NCBI GenBank assembly: GCA_963809875.1
Contig: CAWELC010000006.1
Span: 512,591-576,590 of the forward strand
Source of the DNA: an uncultured delta proteobacterium
GTDB taxonomy: Bacteria > Desulfobacterota > Zymogenia > Zymogenales > Zymogenaceae
Length of the DNA stretch: 64,000 nucleotides
Reading direction: 5' to 3'
Shown here: positions 47,564-55,008 of the stretch, in pieces
How positions within the stretch are numbered: position 1 is the first letter of the stretch
Layout of the letters: each line of letters starts with the position of its first letter
Translations under genes and position numbers: made by a program
The notes under the pieces: model-generated
What the model was told of the DNA's origin: nothing
The model's input: only the letters and a program-made list of their open reading frames with translations
Databases searched by the model: none

Positions 47564-49111
47564 ATGAAGATCATCCTTATAGAGCCCAAAAGCCCTGATG
47601 CCCATATCTTTTCCCTCTACGCCCTGCCCCGTCTCGGCACGATCCTGTTGGGAACCATCCTCAAACAGCGGGGCCACGACGTATCCGTGATGGTGGAGTC
47701 CATCGAAGAGATCACCTGGGACGCGGTGCTGGGATCGGACCTCGTGGGGATCTCGACGACCACGTCCACGGCCCCCCGGGCCTACGAGATGGCGGCGGCC
47801 GTCAGGAACCTGGGCATCCCCGTCGTCCTGGGAGGACCCCACGTCACGTTTATGTCCGACGAGGCGCTGGGCTTTGCCGACTACGTTATCCGGGGAGAAG
47901 GGGAGCGGTCGTTTCCCCAATTCATCGAGGCGCTGGAGACGGGAAAGGGGATCGAGGCCGTGCCGGGCCTTTCCTATGTCCGCGGCGGACGCACCGTCAA
48001 CAATCCGATCGATGAATCGTTCATAGACCTCAATGAGCTGCCCCCGCCGGATACCTCGCTCATCGCGGGCGAAATGCTCAAAAAACGAAAATGGGTCAAA
48101 CGGGTCATCCCCATCCAGACTTCGCGCGGCTGCCCCTACAACTGCACCTTCTGCTCGGTGACCCGGATGTTCGGGCGGCGCATGAGGTATCGGAACGTGG
48201 ACACCGTCATCGACGACCTCAGGAAATACGACGACAAGAAGAACTCCGTCTTCTTCTATGACGACAACTTCGCGGCCGATCCGAAAAGGACAAAGGAGCT
48301 GCTGCGAAAGATGATCGCCGAGAAATTCTCATTTGTCTCCTCGGCCCAGGTGCGCGTCGACGCGGGAAAAGACCTCGAGCTCGTCGAGCTGATGCGGAGT
48401 GCGGGGCTCAAGACGGTCTTCGTGGGCCTCGAGAGCGTCAATACCGAGAGCCTTTCGTGCATGAACAAGAAGCAGACGATGGACGATATGGAGGAGGGGC
48501 TTTCCGGTTTTGCGAAATACGGCATCGACGTGCACGGGATGTTCATCATGGGCTTTGACACCGATACGAAAAAATCGCTCAAAGATACGGTCACGTTCGC
48601 CAAGAAGCACCTGCTCGATTCGGTCCAGTTCCTCGTCCTGACCCCCATGCCCGGGACGCCCGTGTACCACGACCTCGAAAAGGACGGCCGGATCATCATC
48701 AGGGACTGGAGCTTCTACGACGGCCACCACGTCGTCTTTGCCCCGAAGCTGGTGTCGGCCTACCAGCTCCAGAAGGCCCAGATCAGGGGGCACCTGCGGT
48801 TCTACTCGGTCCGCGAGGCGATCAGGCGTTTGGGCCGGTTTGACTTCTTCGGGGTGATGCTGACCGCCTACGCCAAGCGGCTCAGCAAGAACTGGGTCAG
48901 GGAAAACAGGGTATATCTCAAGGCAATGAAGCTCATCCAGTCCACGGGAGACTATATCGTCAGCATCGACCTGAGACGGACAACCGGCGACATCAAGAAG
49001 GCCGTTGCCGAGGCGATCGCCCGGGCGGCGGGCTCCGTCAGGGAGATCGGCCAAAAGGGCGCCCGGAGGGGCGTCGCCCCCCGGAGCGGGGCGCGGGGTC
49101 TTTCGGACTAG
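47564..49111 (+). CDS. B12-binding-domain radical SAM protein
   Basis: N-terminal cobalamin-binding-like domain (LVGISTTTSTA...VVLGGPH), CX3CX2C RGCPYNCTFC, DDNF, GLES. Confidence 0.85.
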   Translation: MKIILIEPKSPDAHIFSLYALPRLGTILLGTILKQRGHDVSVMVESIEEITWDAVLGSDLVGISTTTSTAPRAYEMAAAVRNLGIPVVLGGPHVTFMSDEALGFADYVIRGEGERSFPQFIEALETGKGIEAVPGLSYVRGGRTVNNPIDESFIDLNELPPPDTSLIAGEMLKKRKWVKRVIPIQTSRGCPYNCTFCSVTRMFGRRMRYRNVDTVIDDLRKYDDKKNSVFFYDDNFAADPKRTKELLRKMIAEKFSFVSSAQVRVDAGKDLELVELMRSAGLKTVFVGLESVNTESLSCMNKKQTMDDMEEGLSGFAKYGIDVHGMFIMGFDTDTKKSLKDTVTFAKKHLLDSVQFLVLTPMPGTPVYHDLEKDGRIIIRDWSFYDGHHVVFAPKLVSAYQLQKAQIRGHLRFYSVREAIRRLGRFDFFGVMLTAYAKRLSKNWVRENRVYLKAMKLIQSTGDYIVSIDLRRTTGDIKKAVAEAIARAAGSVREIGQKGARRGVAPRSGARGLSD

Positions 49112-49200
49112 GATGCGCCGGGGGCCTGTCCGACCGGGACCAGAGGGCCCGACAGAGTACACACCATGACTAACCAATCGATGAAGGGACCTTTGATACC

Positions 49201-49671
49201 ATGAGACGGGCCGTTTGTACCCTCTGGCTGACGATCATGATCGCGATCGCCTCGTGTGTCCCGGTCTATTGGGGAGATGCGGTCGGTTACGCCGAGCCGG
49301 TCGACCCCTCGATACGGGATGAGATCCTCACCCAGGTAAACCGTGAGCGCGAGAAAAACGACCTTCCCCCCCTCGCCTGGGACGCCGGGCTTTCGGCCAT
49401 CGCCCAGAACCATGCCGAGGATATGGCCACGCGAAACTATTTCAGCCACACCGGCCCCGACGGGAGGGACGCCTTCGATTACCTGACCGAGGCGGGGATC
49501 TCCTACCGGTGCGCCGCCGAAAACATCGCCTGGGGCGACGACAACGCCAGGACGCTCGTCAAACGCTGGATGGGCTCATCCGGCCATCGAAAGAACATCC
49601 TGGGCGACTTCTCGAAGGTCGGCATCGGCTCCTACCGCCGCTACTACGTGCTCTTGCTGGTGAGGCAATAG
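49201..49671 (+). CDS. CAP/SCP/PR1-like domain lipoprotein
   Basis: Lipobox IASC; NHAEDMATRNYFSHTGPDG...ENIAWG...WMGSSGHRKNIL. Confidence 0.8.
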   Translation: MRRAVCTLWLTIMIAIASCVPVYWGDAVGYAEPVDPSIRDEILTQVNREREKNDLPPLAWDAGLSAIAQNHAEDMATRNYFSHTGPDGRDAFDYLTEAGISYRCAAENIAWGDDNARTLVKRWMGSSGHRKNILGDFSKVGIGSYRRYYVLLLVRQ

Positions 49672-49674
49672 CCG

Positions 49675-50751
49675 ATGGCCGCGTACCGCGAGGCATCCCT
49701 CTATGTCTTTTCCGGCACCGGCAACAGTTACCGGGTGGCCCAATGGGCGGCCGACCGCGCCCGGGCCGCCGGGTGCGCGTCCCGGGTCTCGTTTGTCTCC
49801 GATATACAACCACCGGATATTAAGACCGGCCCCGGCCGGCTCGTCGGCCTCTTCACGCCGACCCACGGCTTTACCACCCCCTGGAAGATGATCACGTTTG
49901 CCGCCCGGATGCCGCGGGGCCAGCGGACTGCCGCCTTTGTCGTGGCCACCCGGGCGGGGACGAAGTTCGGCAGGTTGTTCCTGCCGGGATTAGAGGGGAC
50001 GGCGGGGTATCTGGTCGCGGCGATTCTGGCCCTGAAGGGCTACCGGGTGCGGGGGGTCGCCGGGATCGACATGCCCTCCAACTGGATCGCGCTTCACCCG
50101 GGGTTTTCCGACAAAAACGCCCGGGCGATCATCGAGCGGGCGAAACCTGTGGCCGAGGCGTTTTTCGACAGGGTCGTTTCCGGCGGGCGCGCCTTCGGAG
50201 GATTCGTCAGTCTTGCCCTGGGCATCCTGCTCATCCCCGTGTCGGCGGGCTACCTGCTCTACGGCCGCTTCTTCTTCTCCAAACTATTTCTTGCCGACAA
50301 CCGCTGCAACGGCTGCGGGCAGTGCGCGCGGGATTGCCCCGTGGGCGCGATCCGCATGTTCGGCACCAAGCGCCCCCGGCCCTACTGGACCTTTTCGTGC
50401 GAGAGCTGCATGCACTGCATCGGCTTTTGCCCCGAAAAGGCCGTGCAGGCGGGGCACTCGTGGGCGGTGATCCTCTATTTCATCACCGCCGTGCCGTTCG
50501 CCCAGTACCTCCTCAACCTGCTCGTTGGAGTCCTTCCCGGGGCGGAGGTGCTCAGCGGGACGTGGGCCGTGACGGTCATCCAGTACCCCTTCTTTTTGAT
50601 TTCCCTCGCCATTGCCTACGTCCTCTTTTACCTCCTCACCCGAATCAGTGCCGTCAACGCCGCCTTTGCCTACACGACGCTCACCCGCGCCTACCGGCGC
50701 TACCACGAGCCGGATACGGGGGTGAGGGAGATGCGGCGCAGGAATCGGTAG
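49675..50751 (+). CDS. EFR1-type ferredoxin (flavodoxin-like N-terminal domain + 2x[4Fe-4S] + C-terminal TM helices)
   Basis: LYVFSGTGNSYRVAQW, CNGCGQCARDCP, CESCMHCIGFCP, then hydrophobic helices. Its last ~67 nt are repeated downstream. Confidence 0.65.
   Translation: MAAYREASLYVFSGTGNSYRVAQWAADRARAAGCASRVSFVSDIQPPDIKTGPGRLVGLFTPTHGFTTPWKMITFAARMPRGQRTAAFVVATRAGTKFGRLFLPGLEGTAGYLVAAILALKGYRVRGVAGIDMPSNWIALHPGFSDKNARAIIERAKPVAEAFFDRVVSGGRAFGGFVSLALGILLIPVSAGYLLYGRFFFSKLFLADNRCNGCGQCARDCPVGAIRMFGTKRPRPYWTFSCESCMHCIGFCPEKAVQAGHSWAVILYFITAVPFAQYLLNLLVGVLPGAEVLSGTWAVTVIQYPFFLISLAIAYVLFYLLTRISAVNAAFAYTTLTRAYRRYHEPDTGVREMRRRNR
50665..50732 (+). repeat. Direct repeat copy 1 (native 3' end of the ferredoxin gene)
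   Basis: tttgcctacacgacgctcacccgcgcctaccggcgctaccacgagccggatacgggggtgagggagat encodes FAYTTLTRAYRRYHEPDTGVRE. Confidence 0.9.
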
Positions 50752-50823
50752 CGGCAATGGCGGACGCGTTCCTTCCGGGATAGATCGGCGAGGTCGACGA
50801 TTCTTGTCCGCTCGTTTTTACCA

Positions 50824-50852
50824 TTGACGGAAGGCAACATGCCGGTTATATT
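50824..50852 (+). promoter_or_regulatory. Sigma70-type promoter of cassette 1 (TTGACG - 17 nt - TATATT)
   Basis: ttgacg 50824-50829, 17-nt spacer, tatatt 50847-50852; about 55 nt upstream of the DUF202 gene. Confidence 0.5.
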
Positions 50853-50905
50853 CCTTTTAATCTTCGGCAGATGAGGCAAGCCATAAGTCAGGAGGGGTTG
50901 GCTGT

Positions 50906-51316
50906 ATGTCAGAGATAATTGAAGACAAGAAATCTGTAAGACTTCTTCATCGCCGTGTTCACATGGCCAATGAAAGAACGTTTCTTGCATGGGTAAGAAC
51001 AAGCATCGGGATAATGGCATTTGGTTTTGTTGTTGAAAAGTTCGCGTTGTTCATAAGGCAGATGTCACTGATTTTGGGGAATGGTACTATTGAAAATAGT
51101 TTACCCCCTTCTCATGGCTATTCACAAATCGTTGGGATATTCCTTGTCGGCCTTGGCACCTTGATAAGCCTGCTCGCGTTCATCAGGTACAAGAAGGTGG
51201 AAAGACAGATAGACGAGGATACCTATCAACCCTCATCGATCCTTCACATACTGCTCGCCGTCTTAGTCGTCGCAGTCGGAGTCTTCCTCGTAGCGTATCT
51301 GATTCTTAGTCTTTAG
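50906..51316 (+). CDS. DUF202 (YidH-like) small membrane protein
   Basis: HMANERTFLAWVRTSIGIMAFGF signature, three TM helices, GGAGGGG RBS, AT-rich codon usage unlike the flanks. Confidence 0.75.
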   Translation: MSEIIEDKKSVRLLHRRVHMANERTFLAWVRTSIGIMAFGFVVEKFALFIRQMSLILGNGTIENSLPPSHGYSQIVGIFLVGLGTLISLLAFIRYKKVERQIDEDTYQPSSILHILLAVLVVAVGVFLVAYLILSL

Positions 51317-51341
51317 GGCGGATGCAACCGGCACTATCGAG

Positions 51342-51408
51342 TTTACCTGCACCACGCTCACCCGCGCCTACCGGCGCTACCACGAGCCGGATACGGGGGG
51401 GAGGGAGA
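51342..51408 (+). repeat. Direct repeat copy 2 (displaced gene end)
   Basis: tttacctgcaccacgctcacccgcgcctaccggcgctaccacgagccggatacgggggggagggaga reads FTCTTLTRAYRRYHEPDTGGRETAS*. Followed by the hairpin cttccct/agggaag and a T-run (51443-51481). Confidence 0.9.
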
Positions 51409-51498
51409 CTGCGTCGTAAAACACGATAAGAGGTGTCGGATGCTTCCCTTCGATGGGACCCGGCGAGGGAAGGCTATTTTTATCTGTTCGGTTTTCCG

Positions 51499-51527
51499 TT
51501 GACAAAAGCTAACAAAGAAGCTATACT
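51499..51527 (+). promoter_or_regulatory. Sigma70-type promoter of cassette 2 (TTGACA - 17 nt - TATACT)
   Basis: ttgaca 51499-51504, 17-nt spacer, tatact 51522-51527. Confidence 0.5.
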
Positions 51528-51645
51528 TACCCTAATGACCGGCTGATGCGGTGTCTAACCGACGCCGAAAAGCGTATCATCGTCGGCGTGACGGGCAGGT
51601 CACGCCGGATCGCGAAAAAGAAACTGAAAACAAAGGAGTATTGCT

Positions 51646-51798
51646 ATGGCATGGAGAGAAAAGAAGAAACAGAAAGGGATAAAGAATAAGGGACATGAGA
51701 AGAGTCCGAGCATAATACCCTCAGTTGCCGGGGTACTATCCGCTGGTGGCCCTGCTTTAGCTCCAGCGCCGTATAAGAAGAAGACGAAAAAGAAATAA
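51646..51798 (+). CDS. 50-aa lysine-rich hypothetical protein
   Basis: AAGGAG RBS 8 nt upstream of the ATG. MAWREKKKQKGIKNKGHEKSPSIIPSVAGVLSAGGPALAPAPYKKKTKKK*. Too short for the ORF track. Confidence 0.4.
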   Translation: MAWREKKKQKGIKNKGHEKSPSIIPSVAGVLSAGGPALAPAPYKKKTKKK

Positions 51799-51844
51799 TT
51801 GCCCCCTGTGCCGGACAAGCTCTTTTACGGATCTATCAGGTCTC

Positions 51845-52018
51845 TCTATCAAGCAGTATCCTCTCCCCCTTTTCCCGCTCATGGCGGCCTACGCTATCTT
51901 GTATCGCCTTACTTAAATCCCGGCGGTCAAAGCCGTATTTACCTACTCGACGCTCACCCGCGCCTACCGGCGGTATCATGAGCCGGATACAGGGGGGAGG
52001 GGAGATGAGGGGGTGTGA
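51845..52018 (+). pseudogene. Divergent pseudo-copy of the last ~57 codons of the EFR1-type ferredoxin gene (contains direct repeat copy 3, 51938-52008)
   Basis: Reads SIKQYPLPLFPLMAAYAILYRLT*IPAVKAVFTYSTLTRAYRRYHEPDTGGRGDEGV*. 31/51 residues are identical to the gene tail VTVIQYPFFLISLAIAYVLFYLLTRISAVNAAFAYTTLTRAYRRYHEPDTG; in-frame TAA at 51914. Confidence 0.8.
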
Positions 52019-52045
52019 ACAAGTCATAGGTTGCGAAGGCGCCTG

Positions 52046-52790
52046 ATGAATGAAAAAAATACACCTTTAGCAAGTAGCATACAAGAAGCCGAGGCGTTTG
52101 CGAGAAGGTATATTATCGGCCAAAGAGGAATTGTAGATTACCGAAGCTTTGATCTTAGTATACAAACCTTATAAATGCCACACTCCATGAAATGGCTGGA
52201 CGATTCTCTGTCAAGCTACGGGCGGTTGGAACAGAAAAGGATCTGTATCTTTTTTCGCGTCTTCTTGAGTATTGTGAGTATTATGAGTATTGTGATGTTG
52301 CCAAAGATCTTTCTGCAATGCGGGTCTGTTTTAGTACTGGCGGTTCATGGGCTCGTGCCTGGGTGGACGGTATCTTCTTTAAAGAAGACCTGTGGAAGGA
52401 CGATGCCCGCGAGCTAAAGAAGAAGATTGAGGAAGTGGGCCCTCGCTATCGAAAATGCTCGACTCTGGAATCATTAATTGTGCACGAATATGCTCATGTC
52501 TTGGATCCCGCACACACCGAAGGCGGTTACGGATGGTGCAATGGGAGCGCTTTTTGCCGGCATGATAAAGGAACTTACGGGCGATTATGACCATGCAAAG
52601 GGTGAGGCAAATGGAAAGATAATTCGAGGTGTTTTTGGCGATTGCGCCTAGTCTACACAAGAAATGTGGTGCAGAGGCAGTTGCGTGCTATTTTGAGGAG
52701 AAAAGTGGAAGGACGCAAGTAAGGATATTGGACCCTGCGATATTCAACCTTATAGAAAGAAAAGTTGACGAAGCTATCAAAAAGAGATAG
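52046..52790 (+). pseudogene. HExxH metallopeptidase-like protein of mobile-element type, frame-disrupted (at least 3 breaks)
   Basis: Segments in frames 2/1/2/3: MNEKNTPLASSIQEAEAFARRY..., LINATLHEMAGRF...LESLIVHEYAHVLD..., ALFAGMIKELTGDY..., IAPSLHKKCGAEAVACYFEE...KKR*. I recall a resemblance to the metallopeptidase modules of phage/conjugative polyvalent proteins; unverified. Confidence 0.4.
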
Positions 52791-52990
52791 GTAGTCTGTT
52801 CGTAACCCTGATCTTTGATGCTTTCTCCTACCCATAAACCAAAATCGAAACTGCTGGGACATTCGGGATCTTGACGAATAAGGATAGGTAAGGTATTAAG
52901 GACATCCTCCGGATCGTAGAGAGGATGGTCGAAGGACCTATTGGAATATTGAGCTCAGGGGACAAGAAATGAATATAGGAAGCTTCCTGC

Positions 52991-53452
52991 ATGAGACTAC
53001 AACAACGCTGTTCCATGATGAGTACAAAGTTACTCAATGGAACTTATACTCGGAACGAGGACTTAAATGTCAGAGCTTCAATAAGGTATTTGTCTGATTA
53101 CTTTTCAGAACTACTACCATACAAGTCACTAAATCAACTTATAGGAGAGACTGTGTCTTGGACATGGCTACCAGACTATATAGCCTATTTTTCCCTACCA
53201 TTCTTGCTGTCCTCATATAGCTATTTGACAGTAGGTATAGTAATGCTAGTTATCCTCGGCATTGGTAGTGCTTTTATTAGTTTATTCTATCTCAGATGGG
53301 TAAATATACTTTCGCTGTTAGTAGCTCCTTGGTTTATTCAGCTTGCTTACGCAGTTGTATGGGGGATTATCTTTATTCTCAATGGTTCTATTTTGAATGC
53401 GATTATAGTTGGTTTATCCTTTTCATGTTTCTATTTGGAGGATATGGCATAG
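52991..53452 (+). CDS. Hypothetical membrane protein (4 TM), AT-rich
   Basis: Hydrophobic C-terminal two-thirds (YFSLPFLLSSYSYLTVGIVMLVILGIG...). The start may be at the MMS at 53015. No family recognised. Confidence 0.4.
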   Translation: MRLQQRCSMMSTKLLNGTYTRNEDLNVRASIRYLSDYFSELLPYKSLNQLIGETVSWTWLPDYIAYFSLPFLLSSYSYLTVGIVMLVILGIGSAFISLFYLRWVNILSLLVAPWFIQLAYAVVWGIIFILNGSILNAIIVGLSFSCFYLEDMA

Positions 53453-53652
53453 TCGATACAATCCTATTCCAACTACCTATCCAAAGATGGATCATAGGAA
53501 TGCCACAGTCAGATTGCATACTAAGAAATATCGGATGGTATCACGAGTAGAAAGCTTGGATTAGATATAAATAAGTGGGGTACGTTCGGTCTTGACTGCC
53601 CCGAAAAGAAGTCCGAGTAATGAGGGGGGCTATTGGCCCCTCAAAAAAATCC

Positions 53653-53695
53653 TTGACATCCCCCTCTCATTTCGCTAGTATACGAGTTAATCGTA
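53653..53695 (+). promoter_or_regulatory. Promoter of the MarR gene with overlapping operator box
   Basis: ttgaca 53653-53658, 17 nt, tagtat 53676-53681. The box gtatacgagttaatcg (53678-53693) contains the palindrome tacga-N5-tcgta. Confidence 0.5.
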
Positions 53696-53723
53696 CACGA
53701 GGAGTATCGTAAACCCGACACCC

Positions 53724-54141
53724 ATGAAACCCACCGACTGCATATTCTTTCAGCTGGCAAAGGCCAGCCAGAACTCCGTCCGTTTCTGGGGGCAGCGGGT
53801 CGCCCCGCTGGGCGTCACGGCGGCGCAGGCCATGGTGATGCTGTTTCTCTTCGACCAGGACTCCATCACCAGTAAGGAGCTCGGCGAGCGGGCCCAGCTC
53901 GACAGCGCCACGCTCACCGGCATCATCGACCGGCTGGAGGCCCAGGGGTTCGTGGTGCGCGCCGAGCACCCGGACGACCGGCGGGCGATCTCCGTGCGCC
54001 TGACGGAGGCGGGGCGCGAGACCGCGGCGCAGGATTGCGCAGCTCTCCGCGGAGGCAAACAAAGATTTCCTGCGCGGCCTTTCGGCCGACGACGAGGCGA
54101 AGCTGCGGGGCCTCCTTTCGGTGGTCAGGGAGATCGGCTGA
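53724..54141 (+). pseudogene. MarR-family transcriptional regulator, +1 frame break near 54030
   Basis: wHTH ITSKELGERAQLDSATLTGIIDRLEAQGFVVRAEHPDDRRAISVRLTEAG. The natural end IAQLSAEANKDFLRGLSADDEAKLRGLLSVVREIG* (stop 54141) is in the next frame. Confidence 0.8.
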
Positions 54142-54153
54142 TTTTTTTTCGGC

Positions 54154-54168
54154 CGATAACTCGTATAC
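54154..54168. promoter_or_regulatory. Second copy (inverted) of the MarR-promoter box, upstream of the next gene
   Basis: cgataactcgtatac compared with the reverse complement of the first box, cgattaactcgtatac; they differ by one extra t. Confidence 0.45.
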
Positions 54169-54219
54169 AATTAGATTGCATAAAAGCTAAGATATTAAAA
54201 CGATAGAAGGGGAGACGCA

Positions 54220-54988
54220 ATGGACAAGGAAGAAATCAGACAATACGGACTGGACCTCGGCGCGGACGTGGTGGGGTTTGCCGCGGCAGCGGACTACAAA
54301 TCGGAACGGACTCCGGCGCTTGACGACGATGCTTCCCGGCGTGAAATCGCTGGTGGTGCTGGGCTATCGCGAAAACCACGGGTCCAACGAGTCCGAAAAC
54401 ATGCGCATGGCGATGGGCGGGAGGCTGGGCGGCATGGACTTTGCCCTGGCCAACAACTACCGGATGACCCGCTTCATCGAAAAGAAGACCAGGACCAAGG
54501 CGGCGCCGGTCGCGCCGTCCTACCCGCTGAACATGGAGCCCCCGGTGATGGGGATGTTTGCCGACGTGTCGCTCAGGCACGCGGCCCTGGCGGCGGGGCT
54601 CGGGGCCTTCGGCCGCAACAACCTCATCATCAGCCCCGAGTACGGCTCCCAGATCGTCTTCACGGCCATCCTGACGGAGCTTCCGCTTTCCTCCGATCCG
54701 CAGGTCACCGACGAGCTCTGCAACGACTGCGGGCTGTGCGTGGACAGCTGCCCCGCGGGCGCGCTGGCAGAAGTCGGCAAGACCGACATGATCAAGTGCC
54801 TCAAGTCGTCCCAGCCCTACGGGATCATGCGGACCCTCAGGCACATGGGCAAGTTCATCGGCGCGACCCCGGACGAGCAGAAGGCGCTCCTGCGCGACCC
54901 CGTGCTGCTGTCGATCTACCAGGCGCAATTCATCGGTTTTCAGTATTACTGTTTCAAGTGCATCACCGTCTGCCCGGCGTGCCAATAG
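54220..54988 (+). pseudogene. QueG/reductive-dehalogenase-like 4Fe-4S double-cluster protein, +1 frame break near 54315
   Basis: MDKEEIRQYGLDLGADVVGFAAAADY (frame 1), then MLPGVKSLVVLGY...CNDCGLCVDSCPAGAL...CFKCITVCPACQ* (frame 2). Confidence 0.7.
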
Positions 54989-55008
54989 GACTATAGGAGC
55001 CTGGAACC

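Larger units (their letters stand above)
50752..53650. mobile_element. AT-rich insertion array at the 3' end of the ferredoxin gene (integrated mini-elements; no recombinase gene present)
   Basis: Bounded and partitioned by three direct copies of the gene end. G+C is 34/100 at 53041-53140 against 36/50 at 50341-50390 (hand counts). Genes are small, each with its own promoter. Confidence 0.6.

Noticed and set aside
51600-51818. 72-aa hydrophobic ORF on the minus strand (MSGTGGNYFFFVFF...)
   Set aside because: It is the antisense shadow of the Lys-rich ORF (AAG/AAA codons read as CTT/TTT), uses a TTG start and lacks an RBS. The plus-strand ORF has an AAGGAG RBS and an upstream promoter.
50665-52008. 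The repeats as the VR/TR pair of a diversity-generating retroelement
   Set aside because: No reverse transcriptase anywhere in the window. The differences between copies are not adenine-specific (both g>a and a>g occur). The repeats are only ~67 nt, and the target is not a lectin-fold or Ig-like variable protein.
50665-53650. The array as an integron or CALIN cassette array
   Set aside because: No intI gene. The repeats are direct copies of a coding gene end rather than attC imperfect palindromes (no RYYYAAC/GTTRRRY ends), and the cassettes carry their own promoters.
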